Source: Candidatus Omnitrophota bacterium
GTDB taxonomy: Bacteria > Omnitrophota > Gorgyraeia > Gygaellales > Profunditerraquicolaceae
Direction: 5' to 3'
NCBI GenBank assembly: GCA_049517335.1
Contig: JBEKSD010000008.1
Coordinates: 1-59,894, forward strand
DNA length: 59,894 nucleotides
This document shows positions 42,574 through 53,860 of this stretch, one piece after another. The notes under the pieces are model-generated. The model was not told the origin of the DNA, did no database searches, and was given only the letters and a program-made list of their open reading frames with translations. Both the position numbers and the translations under genes were made by a program. How positions within the stretch are numbered: the first letter of the stretch is position 1; each line of letters begins with the position of its first letter.

Positions 42574-44214
42574 CTAGGCTTTGAGTATTTTCTTTGCCGC
42601 GTCATCAGCCGCGTCCGTGATGTACTTAACCTTGGTCTCTTTTTCAGTTTCGCGGTTTGCGGAGAAGATATCACTTCGGGTGATGGATTTAAGCGTGAAC
42701 CTTCTAGCGCCAGCCATTAACTGCTGTACCCCTGCTGCCAGCTTATCGGCTAAAGTCCAGACCGCAACTGCTCCCAACGGGATATTCTTCATTTCGTCTT
42801 TGCCGACTTTCTTTTGGAGATCATAGTAACCGGCAAATATCTCCTCGGGAGTTGAACCGAAATCAAGCACCGAAGACGGAAGTTTATCCCAATTCCCATT
42901 TAGCTTTGCCTTTAGTGCAGGGTTCAATGCTCCCTCTATATTGGAGCCAAGGAATCCGGGTATCATCAAGGCCCTTCCCATACACACCAACTTAGTAAAC
43001 GGAGCGCCCAAGGCAAGGGCCTTAAAGATATGATCTTCCCTGGCCAAGCCTCCGGCAAAAGCCATATCCACGATCCTTTTACCTTTCTTCTCCAGTATTT
43101 TCGCATATTCATACGCCTTGGCATGCAGCAAGATGGACGGAACACCCCATGTTTCCATCATATTCCACGGGCTCATCCCTGTGCCTCCGCCTGAGCCGTC
43201 AATGGTAAGCAGGTCCAACTTGGCATCAGTGGCGTATTTAATGGACATCGCCAGTGCCTCCATACCGTATGAACCGGTCTTTAAGGAAATCCTTTTGTAA
43301 CCGATCTTACGCAAATATTTAACCGACTTCATAAAATTGTCCCTGACTGCACTCGCTGAAGACAGGCTGGTATAACCTAAACGGCTGTGCCGGGCAATAG
43401 ATTTAATTGCTCCGTGCTTAAAAGCTTCCTGTGTTTCGGGGGTTGTCGGGTCAGGGTCAACCACATAACCCCTCTTTTTTAAGAACTGGGCATACTCAAT
43501 ATTAGAAACCTGGATTTCTCCTCCTATGCATTTTGCGCCCTGTCCCCATTTAAGCTCGATTATCACCTTATCTCCGTATTTTTCAATTACGTATTCGGCA
43601 ACTCCGTTACGCGTATCTTCCACGTTCATCTGCACGATAATCGCGCCGAAGCCCTCGTAATAACGTAGGAACGTATCTATTCTCCTATCCAATTCCGGAG
43701 CCTTGGTAATTTTGCCGTTTTTAATTTCAGCTTTCTGGTCAATCCCTACCACGTTTTCTCCGATTACGATAGGAAAACCCACTAAGGCAGCACCCACGGC
43801 AAAGCTCTCCCAGTATTTTGCGGCAATAAACGTGGAGCCGAGCGCGCCGGTCATCATCGGCACCCTTGCCTTTGTTTTTATACTCTGCCCGAACTCCGTT
43901 TCAATATTTACGTTCGGGAAAATACACTCATCTTCGGAATTAGATAATCCTTTGGGCAAGCCGTATGCGCCGTAGTTATATCCGTTTATGCGTAAAGAAT
44001 TGTAAGCTACGCCCAGGTGAGTAGTATTAGAGCTTCCTGCGGTAATAGAGCCGAAATCTCTCGGGTAGAGCAGCTTTCTTCCTCTTAATGAAGACAGCCA
44101 GGTTTCACATTTACCCATACAGTCCGACCTGCATAAACTACACAATCCGCTTTCACAGGGGTTGCCCCTGTTTACCGTGCCAAGTGCGTCATTTGTCTTT
44201 GGCCATTGAATCAT
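42574..44214 (-). CDS. FMN-binding glutamate synthase family protein (stand-alone) with a Cys-rich N-terminus
   Basis: ELKWGQGAK..GGE, TIDGSGGGTG, AGG and KALALGA motifs; start at MIQWPK with SD AAAGGAGG. Confidence 0.85.
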   Translation of the reverse strand: MIQWPKTNDALGTVNRGNPCESGLCSLCRSDCMGKCETWLSSLRGRKLLYPRDFGSITAGSSNTTHLGVAYNSLRINGYNYGAYGLPKGLSNSEDECIFPNVNIETEFGQSIKTKARVPMMTGALGSTFIAAKYWESFAVGAALVGFPIVIGENVVGIDQKAEIKNGKITKAPELDRRIDTFLRYYEGFGAIIVQMNVEDTRNGVAEYVIEKYGDKVIIELKWGQGAKCIGGEIQVSNIEYAQFLKKRGYVVDPDPTTPETQEAFKHGAIKSIARHSRLGYTSLSSASAVRDNFMKSVKYLRKIGYKRISLKTGSYGMEALAMSIKYATDAKLDLLTIDGSGGGTGMSPWNMMETWGVPSILLHAKAYEYAKILEKKGKRIVDMAFAGGLAREDHIFKALALGAPFTKLVCMGRALMIPGFLGSNIEGALNPALKAKLNGNWDKLPSSVLDFGSTPEEIFAGYYDLQKKVGKDEMKNIPLGAVAVWTLADKLAAGVQQLMAGARRFTLKSITRSDIFSANRETEKETKVKYITDAADDAAKKILKA

Positions 44215-44288
44215 TGTGCCCTCCTTTGTATTGTTATTGTGCAACTATTGCCTAGATTTAAGGCAAACTACTCCAAAAAAAAGCCCCC

Positions 44289-44552
44289 TCAAGAATTATC
44301 ATTATCCAGAAGGATGTTTACGTTATTATCAAATACCTCTAACAATCCTTCGCTTTTTGAAATAATTACAGAAGGGGTTTTTGCACCGGACCTGAGAGTG
44401 ATCTTACCCGGAACAAGCTGGGCAATTAGCGGGGCATGGTTTGCCAGTACGCCTAAGTAACCTGCATATGCGGGGACAATTACTGAGATTGCTTCTCCCG
44501 AATATATTTCCTGCAGCGGAGTAAGTATATTAACTTTAAATTTCTTTTCCAT
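44289..44552 (-). CDS. atpC: ATP synthase epsilon subunit (N-terminal domain only)
   Basis: ILTP and G.LGVLANHAPLI motifs; 87 aa. Confidence 0.9.
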   Translation of the reverse strand: MEKKFKVNILTPLQEIYSGEAISVIVPAYAGYLGVLANHAPLIAQLVPGKITLRSGAKTPSVIISKSEGLLEVFDNNVNILLDNDNS

Positions 44553-44554
44553 AT

Positions 44555-46826
<2,272 letters not shown>

Positions 46827-46829
46827 CTT

Positions 46830-48356
46830 TTAATGTTCTCTTGAAAGAAAGTATTTAAGGAAACCGGAAATTACTCCGTCTAGCTCCTTGATCAGCGCAT
46901 CGCTTAATTCTTTTTTCGACTGGATTTCTTCTTCAATTTTCGGAAAATTTTTCTGCATATAACCGTAAAACTCCAATTCAAATTTTTTTATTAGCGCTGC
47001 GGGAAGTTCATCAAGGAACCCCTTTGTCCCGGCATAAATAATCATTACCTGCTTGGCGATTGTTAACGGCTGATACTGTTCCTGTTTTAATACCTCAACC
47101 ATCCTCTCACCTCGGGTTAACTGCGCCTGCGTAGTCTTATCCAGCTCTGTGCCGAACTGGGTAAAGGCGACCAGTTCCCTATATTGCGCCAAATCCAGCC
47201 TGAGCTTGGAAGCGACCTGGCGCATTGCCCTGCTCTGGGCTTTGCCCCCTACGCGCGAAACCGAGAGACCCACATTGACTGCGGGCCGCACCCCGGCATA
47301 AAAAAGGTCGTTTTCAAGATAAATCTGGCCGTCGGTAATAGAAATCACATTGGTAGGGATATAACTAGTAATGTCCCCGGCCTGTGTCTCAATTATCGGT
47401 ATCGCGGTCATCGAGCCGCCACCTAAATTATCATTTAATTTTGCCGCCCGCTCAAGTAGCCTTGAGTGTAAATAAAATATGTCTCCCGGATACGCCTCTC
47501 TTCCCGGAGGACGCCTTAAGAGCAACGAAAGCTGGCGGTATGCCTGTGCGTGCTTGGATAAATCATCGTAAATAATCAGGGCGTGCCTGCCGGAATATAG
47601 GAATTCTTCTGCGATGGCGCATCCTGCGTAAGGAGCCAGATACTGGGAAGAGGCGGATGCACGGCTTGAAGCACTGACAATGGTAGTGTATTGCATCGCC
47701 CCGTATTTAGCGAGGGTCTGCGCCACCGCAACAATGCTTGAAACCTTCTGGCCTATGGCAACATAAATACAATATACTCCTTTACCCTTCTGATTAATTA
47801 TCGTGTCAATAGCAATGGCGCTCTTCCCGGTCTGGCGGTCGGCAATAATCAACTCGCGCTGCCCCCTGCCGATGGGGATCATGGCATCGATGGCTTTAAT
47901 CCCTGTTTCCAGCGGTTCATTCACCGGCTGGCGCTCTACAACGTTCGGGGCCTTTGATTCCAAGGGACGGATTTTATCAGTATTTATCGGACCTTTGCCG
48001 TCAATAGGCCTTCCTAGAGGGTTAACCACGCGGCCTAATAAATTCTCTCCCACAGGAACCTCGGCGATTTTTCCGGTGCGCTTGACAATATCGCCTTCCT
48101 TGATCTCACGGTCCGGATTATCACTACCTAAGATAACTACGCCTACGCTGTCCTCTTCAAGATTAAAGACTATGCCGGTGACGTTATTAGAAAACTGTAC
48201 CAGTTCTCCCATCATTACGTCATCAAGGCCGTAGATACGCGCAATCGTGTCTCCGACCTGAATTACCGTGCCGATAGATTCCACCCTTAAACGGGACTTA
48301 TATTTTTCTAATTCTTTCTTTATTACCGATGTTACTTCTTCCGGTTTTAAGGCCAT
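46830..48356 (-). CDS. atpA: ATP synthase alpha subunit
   Basis: [23 protein letters not shown] and SVSRVGG motifs. Confidence 0.98.
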   Translation of the reverse strand: MALKPEEVTSVIKKELEKYKSRLRVESIGTVIQVGDTIARIYGLDDVMMGELVQFSNNVTGIVFNLEEDSVGVVILGSDNPDREIKEGDIVKRTGKIAEVPVGENLLGRVVNPLGRPIDGKGPINTDKIRPLESKAPNVVERQPVNEPLETGIKAIDAMIPIGRGQRELIIADRQTGKSAIAIDTIINQKGKGVYCIYVAIGQKVSSIVAVAQTLAKYGAMQYTTIVSASSRASASSQYLAPYAGCAIAEEFLYSGRHALIIYDDLSKHAQAYRQLSLLLRRPPGREAYPGDIFYLHSRLLERAAKLNDNLGGGSMTAIPIIETQAGDITSYIPTNVISITDGQIYLENDLFYAGVRPAVNVGLSVSRVGGKAQSRAMRQVASKLRLDLAQYRELVAFTQFGTELDKTTQAQLTRGERMVEVLKQEQYQPLTIAKQVMIIYAGTKGFLDELPAALIKKFELEFYGYMQKNFPKIEEEIQSKKELSDALIKELDGVISGFLKYFLSREH

Positions 48357-48357
48357 A

Positions 48358-48903
48358 TTATACCCTTACTCTCAGTAGCTTTTCTTTCAGCTCATCAAGC
48401 CGCTTCCTGACCGAGCCGTCAATGAGCTTATTGCCTATGGTAACCTGAATCCCGCCTAATAGGGAACCGTCCAAATCAATATAGAATTTCAATTTTTTAT
48501 GCAGTTTTTCGCTTAAGCTGTCTTTTATTTTTTTTATCAGCGCCAAATCGAGTGGAGTTGATGTCTTAAGCAAAACCTCTAGCTGTTCGCCGTAAGAATA
48601 ATTAATCCGGATATACTCAATTACATCGCTAAGGATAGCGATGCGCCCTTTATCAATAAGTAATTTTATAAAGTGTTTTATCTCCGGCGCGAAATTATCA
48701 CCCATCACTTTATCTATAAAATCGCATTTCTCGGCAAAAGTTAGCTCTTTGTTTTCCAAGAAACTTAAAAAATCCGGATTATCGCGTATTACATCAGCCC
48801 TTAAAGCCTTCAAATCCTCAAGCGCTTTTTCAAGGCCGACGCTTTCTTTTACATAGCCCACGAATGCTTCCGCATACCTCTTTATGACAATTTTACTGAT
48901 CAT
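48358..48903 (-). CDS. atpH: ATP synthase delta subunit
   Basis: KRYAEA, LLGG and IDGSV motifs; operon position. Confidence 0.92.
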   Translation of the reverse strand: MISKIVIKRYAEAFVGYVKESVGLEKALEDLKALRADVIRDNPDFLSFLENKELTFAEKCDFIDKVMGDNFAPEIKHFIKLLIDKGRIAILSDVIEYIRINYSYGEQLEVLLKTSTPLDLALIKKIKDSLSEKLHKKLKFYIDLDGSLLGGIQVTIGNKLIDGSVRKRLDELKEKLLRVRV

Positions 48904-49397
48904 TCTATGCCGTCAATTTTATCCAAAAACTGCTCCACCAACTTTTTATCCTGCTCTCCGCTGAGCCTTTCCTCTATTACGTTTTCCGTGGCGCGTATGG
49001 TTAAATCTACTATTTTTTCTTTTAATTCTTCTTTTGCCCGGGAAAGCTCGTATTTTATGTTTTCCCTGGCATCATTAATTATCAGTTGAGCCTGAAGCTG
49101 GGCATCTTTGCGTATTTCATCGGTTATCTTCCTGCCTTCGGCAAGCGCGTCTTCAATTTTCTTCGCTGCAATTTCCTCAATTGCAGAAAGCTTGGTTTCG
49201 TAATCAGTCCGGATATCGCTAAGCTGGCGTTTTTCTTCTTCTATCCGCTTAAACTCAGCGGCAATTTTATCTTTCCTCTCATCCAAAAGTTTAAGTATTT
49301 TCTTCCAGGCAAAGGCACGCAGGAGAAAAAGCAGAATAAGAAAACTTAGCGCTTGCGCTAAAACCTCATTAGTATTTAAAAGCTCTAACAGGCCCAT
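48900..49397 (-). CDS. atpF: ATP synthase subunit b
   Basis: N-terminal TM, AWKKI..LDER and coiled coil. Confidence 0.93.
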   Translation of the reverse strand: MGLLELLNTNEVLAQALSFLILLFLLRAFAWKKILKLLDERKDKIAAEFKRIEEEKRQLSDIRTDYETKLSAIEEIAAKKIEDALAEGRKITDEIRKDAQLQAQLIINDARENIKYELSRAKEELKEKIVDLTIRATENVIEERLSGEQDKKLVEQFLDKIDGIE

Positions 49398-49407
49398 AAT
49401 TTAGCGC

Positions 49408-49638
49408 TTAAACTTTCCCCATAAGTAAAAATACAACTACCAGAGCATAGATAGTTAAGGCCTCAATGAAAGCGCATCCAACCGCCATGCTTATGAGGAT
49501 TTTTGTAGCTGCTTCCGGTTGCCTTCCGGTTGCTTCCATTGCCGACGAAACTACCTTGCCTAAACCCAATGCTGAACCGAATGCGGCGATACCTACCGCT
49601 AAAGGTAGAAATATTGCCAATGCCGTCCTGACATCCAT
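49408..49638 (-). CDS. atpE: ATP synthase subunit c (H+-type signature)
   Basis: RQPE loop and EALTIY; lacks the Gln and E-S/T residues of Na+-binding c-rings. Confidence 0.95.
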   Translation of the reverse strand: MDVRTALAIFLPLAVGIAAFGSALGLGKVVSSAMEATGRQPEAATKILISMAVGCAFIEALTIYALVVVFLLMGKV

Positions 49639-49657
49639 TTTACGCCTCCTTAGTTTA

Positions 49658-50392
49658 TTAATGATCCTCTTCTACCAAAAATAGAGCGAAATAAATTGTG
49701 CTTAACAAACTGAAAACCATCGCCTGGACAAAGGCGGAAATTATAACGATAAAGGTACAGAATAATAAAAGCGGCAGGCCCTTTATGCCAAACGCCGATA
49801 ATGCCGCTAGGAGCGTGTCATCGGCAAAAATATTGCTCCTTAAACGAAGCGAGAGGCTGACCGGTTTAATTAATTCCGATACGATGTGCATAAGGAACAT
49901 AAAAAGCGGTAATACTATCGATAAAGCCAGCCCACCGCGCGGCCTGCCCATAAGATGGTCTAGGTAACCGGCAAAACCCAGCTCTTTTATCGCCGAATAA
50001 TGAACATAAAAGAACACGCAAAGGGCCAAGGCGAAGGTGGTAGATAAGCTTGATGTAGCAGACCTCATAAAAGGAAGAAGGCCGGCGAGGTTCATGCAGA
50101 GGATGTAAATAAAAAGCGTGCCTATAAAGGGGACGTATTTTCTCCCCTGTTTGCCGAGTATGCCGCAGACAAAATCATCTACCAGCGAAACAAATAATTC
50201 CAATGCATTTTGCAGCCTGCCTGCCGGGATCATCATCCTTTTGCGGCAGCCAAAATATGCCGTTATTGTCAGGAATATAACGATGATCAGGGCAAAACAG
50301 AGATCTTCCCAAAGTATAAGGTATTTTGTCCAGGGGGCATGATGGAATATTTCTGCTAATATCGTAATTAAGTTTGGGAGTTCCGAATGCAT
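49658..50392 (-). CDS. atpB: ATP synthase subunit a
   Basis: P.GRLQN..E, N..GL.P, KPVSLSLRL and VQA.VF..L..IY motifs. Confidence 0.93.
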   Translation of the reverse strand: MHSELPNLITILAEIFHHAPWTKYLILWEDLCFALIIVIFLTITAYFGCRKRMMIPAGRLQNALELFVSLVDDFVCGILGKQGRKYVPFIGTLFIYILCMNLAGLLPFMRSATSSLSTTFALALCVFFYVHYSAIKELGFAGYLDHLMGRPRGGLALSIVLPLFMFLMHIVSELIKPVSLSLRLRSNIFADDTLLAALSAFGIKGLPLLLFCTFIVIISAFVQAMVFSLLSTIYFALFLVEEDH

Positions 50393-50598
50393 AGCTTAAT
50401 TATCCTTATTACTTCTCTTATCCCGGCGAAAAGACCTAGGCTGATAAGAATTGCCGTTGTGTAACCAGGCAAAGCTAATTTCTTAACCAGAAGCTCTCCG
50501 ATGATATAACCGGTCAGAGGAGCCCCTAAAAGAATAAAGGGGATAAAAGAAATCAGCCCGGCGATCTTAATGCGCCTGTAGAGCTCCTGTTTATCCAT
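50368..50598 (-). CDS. AtpZ/AtpI-family (ATPase gene 1) membrane protein
   Basis: Two TM helices (GYIIG..L; GLFAG); first gene of the atp operon. An alternative ATG lies at 50604. Confidence 0.75.
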   Translation of the reverse strand: MDKQELYRRIKIAGLISFIPFILLGAPLTGYIIGELLVKKLALPGYTTAILISLGLFAGIREVIRIIKLCIRNSQT

Positions 50599-50606
50599 TA
50601 ACATAA

Positions 50607-50648
50607 AAGGCGTCTCCCATCGGTAAGAGTTTCGATAAAGGACGCCTT
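50607..50648 (-). promoter_or_regulatory. Leader hairpin motif, copy 1 (atp operon)
   Basis: AAGGCGTC-CTTT-ATCG-loop-CGAT-GGGA-GACGCCTT; similar to 56254-56292. Confidence 0.6.
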
Positions 50649-50704
50649 AGTCCGCATAAACAACCCCTCATCAAGAGGTCAACATAAGATTAATTATATT
50701 TTTT

Positions 50705-50732
50705 ATTTTATCACTTCTTCCGTATATGTCAA
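50705..50732 (-). promoter_or_regulatory. sigma70 promoter of the atp operon
   Basis: TTGACA-16-TAAAAT with a TG extension. Confidence 0.7.
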
Positions 50733-50757
50733 ACACAAAAAATATCCTACTAGAAAA

Positions 50758-52740
50758 CTAAACTCTTATCGGCAGGATGACAAAAGGGATACCCCGGCGG
50801 TATAATTTCTTCTGGACGGTAAATACGGTGTGGTTGTGCAGTAAACGAAGCATAAAAGTGTCTTTGGGAAAGATTAACTGGCCGCCGAAGAAAACGGCAT
50901 TGGGGAAACGCTCGATTATTTCAGAGGAAGCTTTTTCAACCTCATCCACTACATCTACCCCCATCCGGAAAACCCCTTCGGCATAAAACCCCTGCCGCTG
51001 CATAAACTTTACGTAGCGGTCCAGTTCCGTTTTTGAATCTGACTCAAGGCGGCCGACTTCGGTTATCCCTTTAAAGTTACCCGCATCAAGCACCCCCACT
51101 TCAAGGAAGACAAAATTTTTAAAAACTCCGAAAAGCCGGATTACCCCAAAAAGCGTATGCAGCCCCATACCGTTAAAACCGCTGACTAAAAGCACGGCGG
51201 TCTTAGCTTTTCTGTCTGGGTTTCTTACCACCTCAAACTGCTCAGTGGTAAGCGGTTCAGCCGATTCAGTGACACTGACCAGATTATTAAGCCGGTGCAG
51301 AAGCTTGGTAGTATAAAAATAATGCCGTTTGGTAAAGACCGCTAATGTTATCAACGCACCGGTAATTAAAAATGTTATCCAACCGCCTTCCTTGAATTTC
51401 ATTATAACCATAGAACAAAGGATAAAAGTACACAAGACCAGACCGAAGCTGTTTACAAACAGCTTTTTAGCCCATTTCTTTACTTTCCAGCGGCTCTCCC
51501 ACCAATGCCGCACCATGCCCAATTGGGAAAGGATAAAGGTGATGAAAACATTTATACTATAAAGAACGACTAAGAATTGGATAGAACCGCGGGTAATGAA
51601 CATAATGAAAATAGCGAGCCCGCCCATGATTAAAATTCCGTTCTGAGTAACCAGGCGGTCGCTTAAGGTAGAAAACCTGGTAGGGAACCAGCGGTCTGTA
51701 GCCATGTTGGAAAGCACCCTTGGCCCGTCTAGGAAGCCCGTCTGAGCAGCGACGAAGAGTAATGATGCCTCGGCAAAAAGAGTCATAAGCACAAAAAAGT
51801 AGCCCCATCTCCAGGAGCTCGTGGCTTTCTCAAAAAGCGCGGCGTTTAAAGTCTTGCCCGGTTCATAAGTAACCGCATAAAGCAAATAAGAAATCATCAG
51901 CCCCAAAACAATAAAAGAAAGGGAAAATGCCATATAACGCATAGTTTTCTTGGCGGTCTCTACTTTAGGTTCCCTTAAAACCGGCACACCATTACTTACC
52001 GCTTCAATGCCGGTAAATGTACCGGCACCCATGCTATAAGCGCGTAATATTATGAAAATGACGCCGAAGAGCCCGAACTCCGATACGGAACGGCCCGTAT
52101 CCGCCTTGATAGAAGTAACCAAACCTGAAAGCCCCGGCAAATGCGTAGTAAAAGCGTAAAGGATAATGAAAAGATGGGTAATGATAAACGTAAGGAATAT
52201 CGGGGTCAGGATAAGCACCGACTCTTTTACTCCCCTCATATTCAAAAATATCAGGCAGACTATAACAAGAATGGCGAATCCAAGCTTATAAACAGTCCAA
52301 GGCAAAGGTAGGAGGCTGAATAGCGCATCAGTCCCGGCGGCAATGGAAACCGAAATAGTCAGGACATAATCTATGAGGAGGGCGCATCCTGATACCATGC
52401 CGATCGTGGGAGATAATAATTTACTGGCGACTATATAACCGCCGCCACCGTGCGGAAAAAGTTCAATAATCTGAGAGTAACTCGTTGCTATAACAAAAAT
52501 AGTAATAACTGTCCCTATGGCGACAAATATGCTTAAATAGGTGTGATGCTGCAGCGCAAGGAATGCCTCTGGAGGGCCGTAACAGGATGAGGAGAGCCCG
52601 TCGGCGCCTAAACCTATCCAGGCAAAAAAGGCGATAAGCGAAAGCTTATGAAAAATCGTGCGGTCCTGTGGATTGCGCGATTTCCCGATAAAGACATTTT
52701 TCAATCTTTGAAAAAACGTTGTTTTTTCTTCGTAATCCAT
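50758..52740 (-). CDS. APC-superfamily permease, KimA/YdaO-like (candidate K+/H+ symporter)
   Basis: DGLSSSCYGP, GGGGY, DYVLT..VS and TGIEAVSNGV motifs; soluble C-terminal domain. Confidence 0.8.
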   Translation of the reverse strand: MDYEEKTTFFQRLKNVFIGKSRNPQDRTIFHKLSLIAFFAWIGLGADGLSSSCYGPPEAFLALQHHTYLSIFVAIGTVITIFVIATSYSQIIELFPHGGGGYIVASKLLSPTIGMVSGCALLIDYVLTISVSIAAGTDALFSLLPLPWTVYKLGFAILVIVCLIFLNMRGVKESVLILTPIFLTFIITHLFIILYAFTTHLPGLSGLVTSIKADTGRSVSEFGLFGVIFIILRAYSMGAGTFTGIEAVSNGVPVLREPKVETAKKTMRYMAFSLSFIVLGLMISYLLYAVTYEPGKTLNAALFEKATSSWRWGYFFVLMTLFAEASLLFVAAQTGFLDGPRVLSNMATDRWFPTRFSTLSDRLVTQNGILIMGGLAIFIMFITRGSIQFLVVLYSINVFITFILSQLGMVRHWWESRWKVKKWAKKLFVNSFGLVLCTFILCSMVIMKFKEGGWITFLITGALITLAVFTKRHYFYTTKLLHRLNNLVSVTESAEPLTTEQFEVVRNPDRKAKTAVLLVSGFNGMGLHTLFGVIRLFGVFKNFVFLEVGVLDAGNFKGITEVGRLESDSKTELDRYVKFMQRQGFYAEGVFRMGVDVVDEVEKASSEIIERFPNAVFFGGQLIFPKDTFMLRLLHNHTVFTVQKKLYRRGIPFVILPIRV

Positions 52741-52762
52741 ATTAATTATTTTTTAGCGCGCC

Positions 52763-53176
52763 TTACGACCTGAACTCGGTTGACAAAACAATGCGCTCGA
52801 TGCCAACCTGCTTGGCTATATCCATCACCTTAACCACAAAATCGTATTTTACTTCTTTATCGCCGCTGATGGTAATGGCTGAGACATGCTTTTTTTTGGC
52901 AAGCGCTGCGAGCTTGAATCTTAAAAGGCCGAGGTCATACCTTAGGTTGTACTGGCTGTCTTCTAAGACCGCCCGGCCGTCTTCACTGATTGTGATGTCA
53001 ATATTTTGCGGGGGTTCCTGGGTTTGGGAAGCTCGGGGTAGCTGCACTTTTATGCCCGAACGAAAGAGCAACGGGGTGGTAACCATAAAAATAATCAAAA
53101 GGACGAGGATTACATCGGTAAAAGGTGTAATATTTATTTCTGAGACCAGTCTTTGGCTTCTGGACCTTCTTTTCAT
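52763..53176 (-). CDS. ExbD/TolR family protein
   Basis: EINITPFTDVILVLLIIFMV and GDKEVKY motifs. Confidence 0.93.
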   Translation of the reverse strand: MKRRSRSQRLVSEINITPFTDVILVLLIIFMVTTPLLFRSGIKVQLPRASQTQEPPQNIDITISEDGRAVLEDSQYNLRYDLGLLRFKLAALAKKKHVSAITISGDKEVKYDFVVKVMDIAKQVGIERIVLSTEFRS

Positions 53177-53803
53177 TTAGTGCTTTATGCAGAGCAAATC
53201 CATCAACTCAGACGCGCAGAGGTCCATATCGGCAACGAAGTTATCAATCCTGCGGATAAAATAATTATAGGTGATAACTGCCGGTATTGCTACCAATAGC
53301 CCTGCGGCAGTGCAGACTAGCGCCTCGGATATGCCGCCGATAACCACGCTGATGCCGCCTGCGCCGGCTGTGGAGATATCGTGAAAAGCCCGGATAATAC
53401 CTAAGACTGTGCCGAAAAGCCCGATGTATACGGCGGTACTTCCGATAGTCCCGACAATAGTGGTAAAGCGTTCCAATTTTATAGTTTCGATGGTAATCTC
53501 CCGTTCCATAGCTTCGGAGATGGCCTTCTCCTCATGGCCGGAGAGGATCAGCCCGGCTTGCGCAACTTTGGAAAACGGCGTGTCCACCTGGCGGCAGATC
53601 TCTACTGCCCGGGAAGCCCTTCCGGCGTTAAGTTCGGATTTAACGCTTTTTATAAAGTCTACTCTCTTTACGCGGGATTGCCTTCTGTAATAGATAATCC
53701 TTTCTAAAATTACCGCCAGAGAAAGGATAGAACAAAATAGAAGCACATACATGGCAAATCCGCCTGTATGAATTACCGCCCAGATAGTCTGTCCTCTAAA
53801 CAT
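53177..53803 (-). CDS. MotA/TolQ/ExbB proton channel protein
   Basis: GLFGTVLGII.AF and ISEALVCTAAGL.VAIPA motifs. Confidence 0.93.
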   Translation of the reverse strand: MFRGQTIWAVIHTGGFAMYVLLFCSILSLAVILERIIYYRRQSRVKRVDFIKSVKSELNAGRASRAVEICRQVDTPFSKVAQAGLILSGHEEKAISEAMEREITIETIKLERFTTIVGTIGSTAVYIGLFGTVLGIIRAFHDISTAGAGGISVVIGGISEALVCTAAGLLVAIPAVITYNYFIRRIDNFVADMDLCASELMDLLCIKH

Positions 53804-53860
53804 TGCCGCTCCTTAATTTAACCTGCAACCCTATTATATCAGAAAAAAACCTAAATTAGC

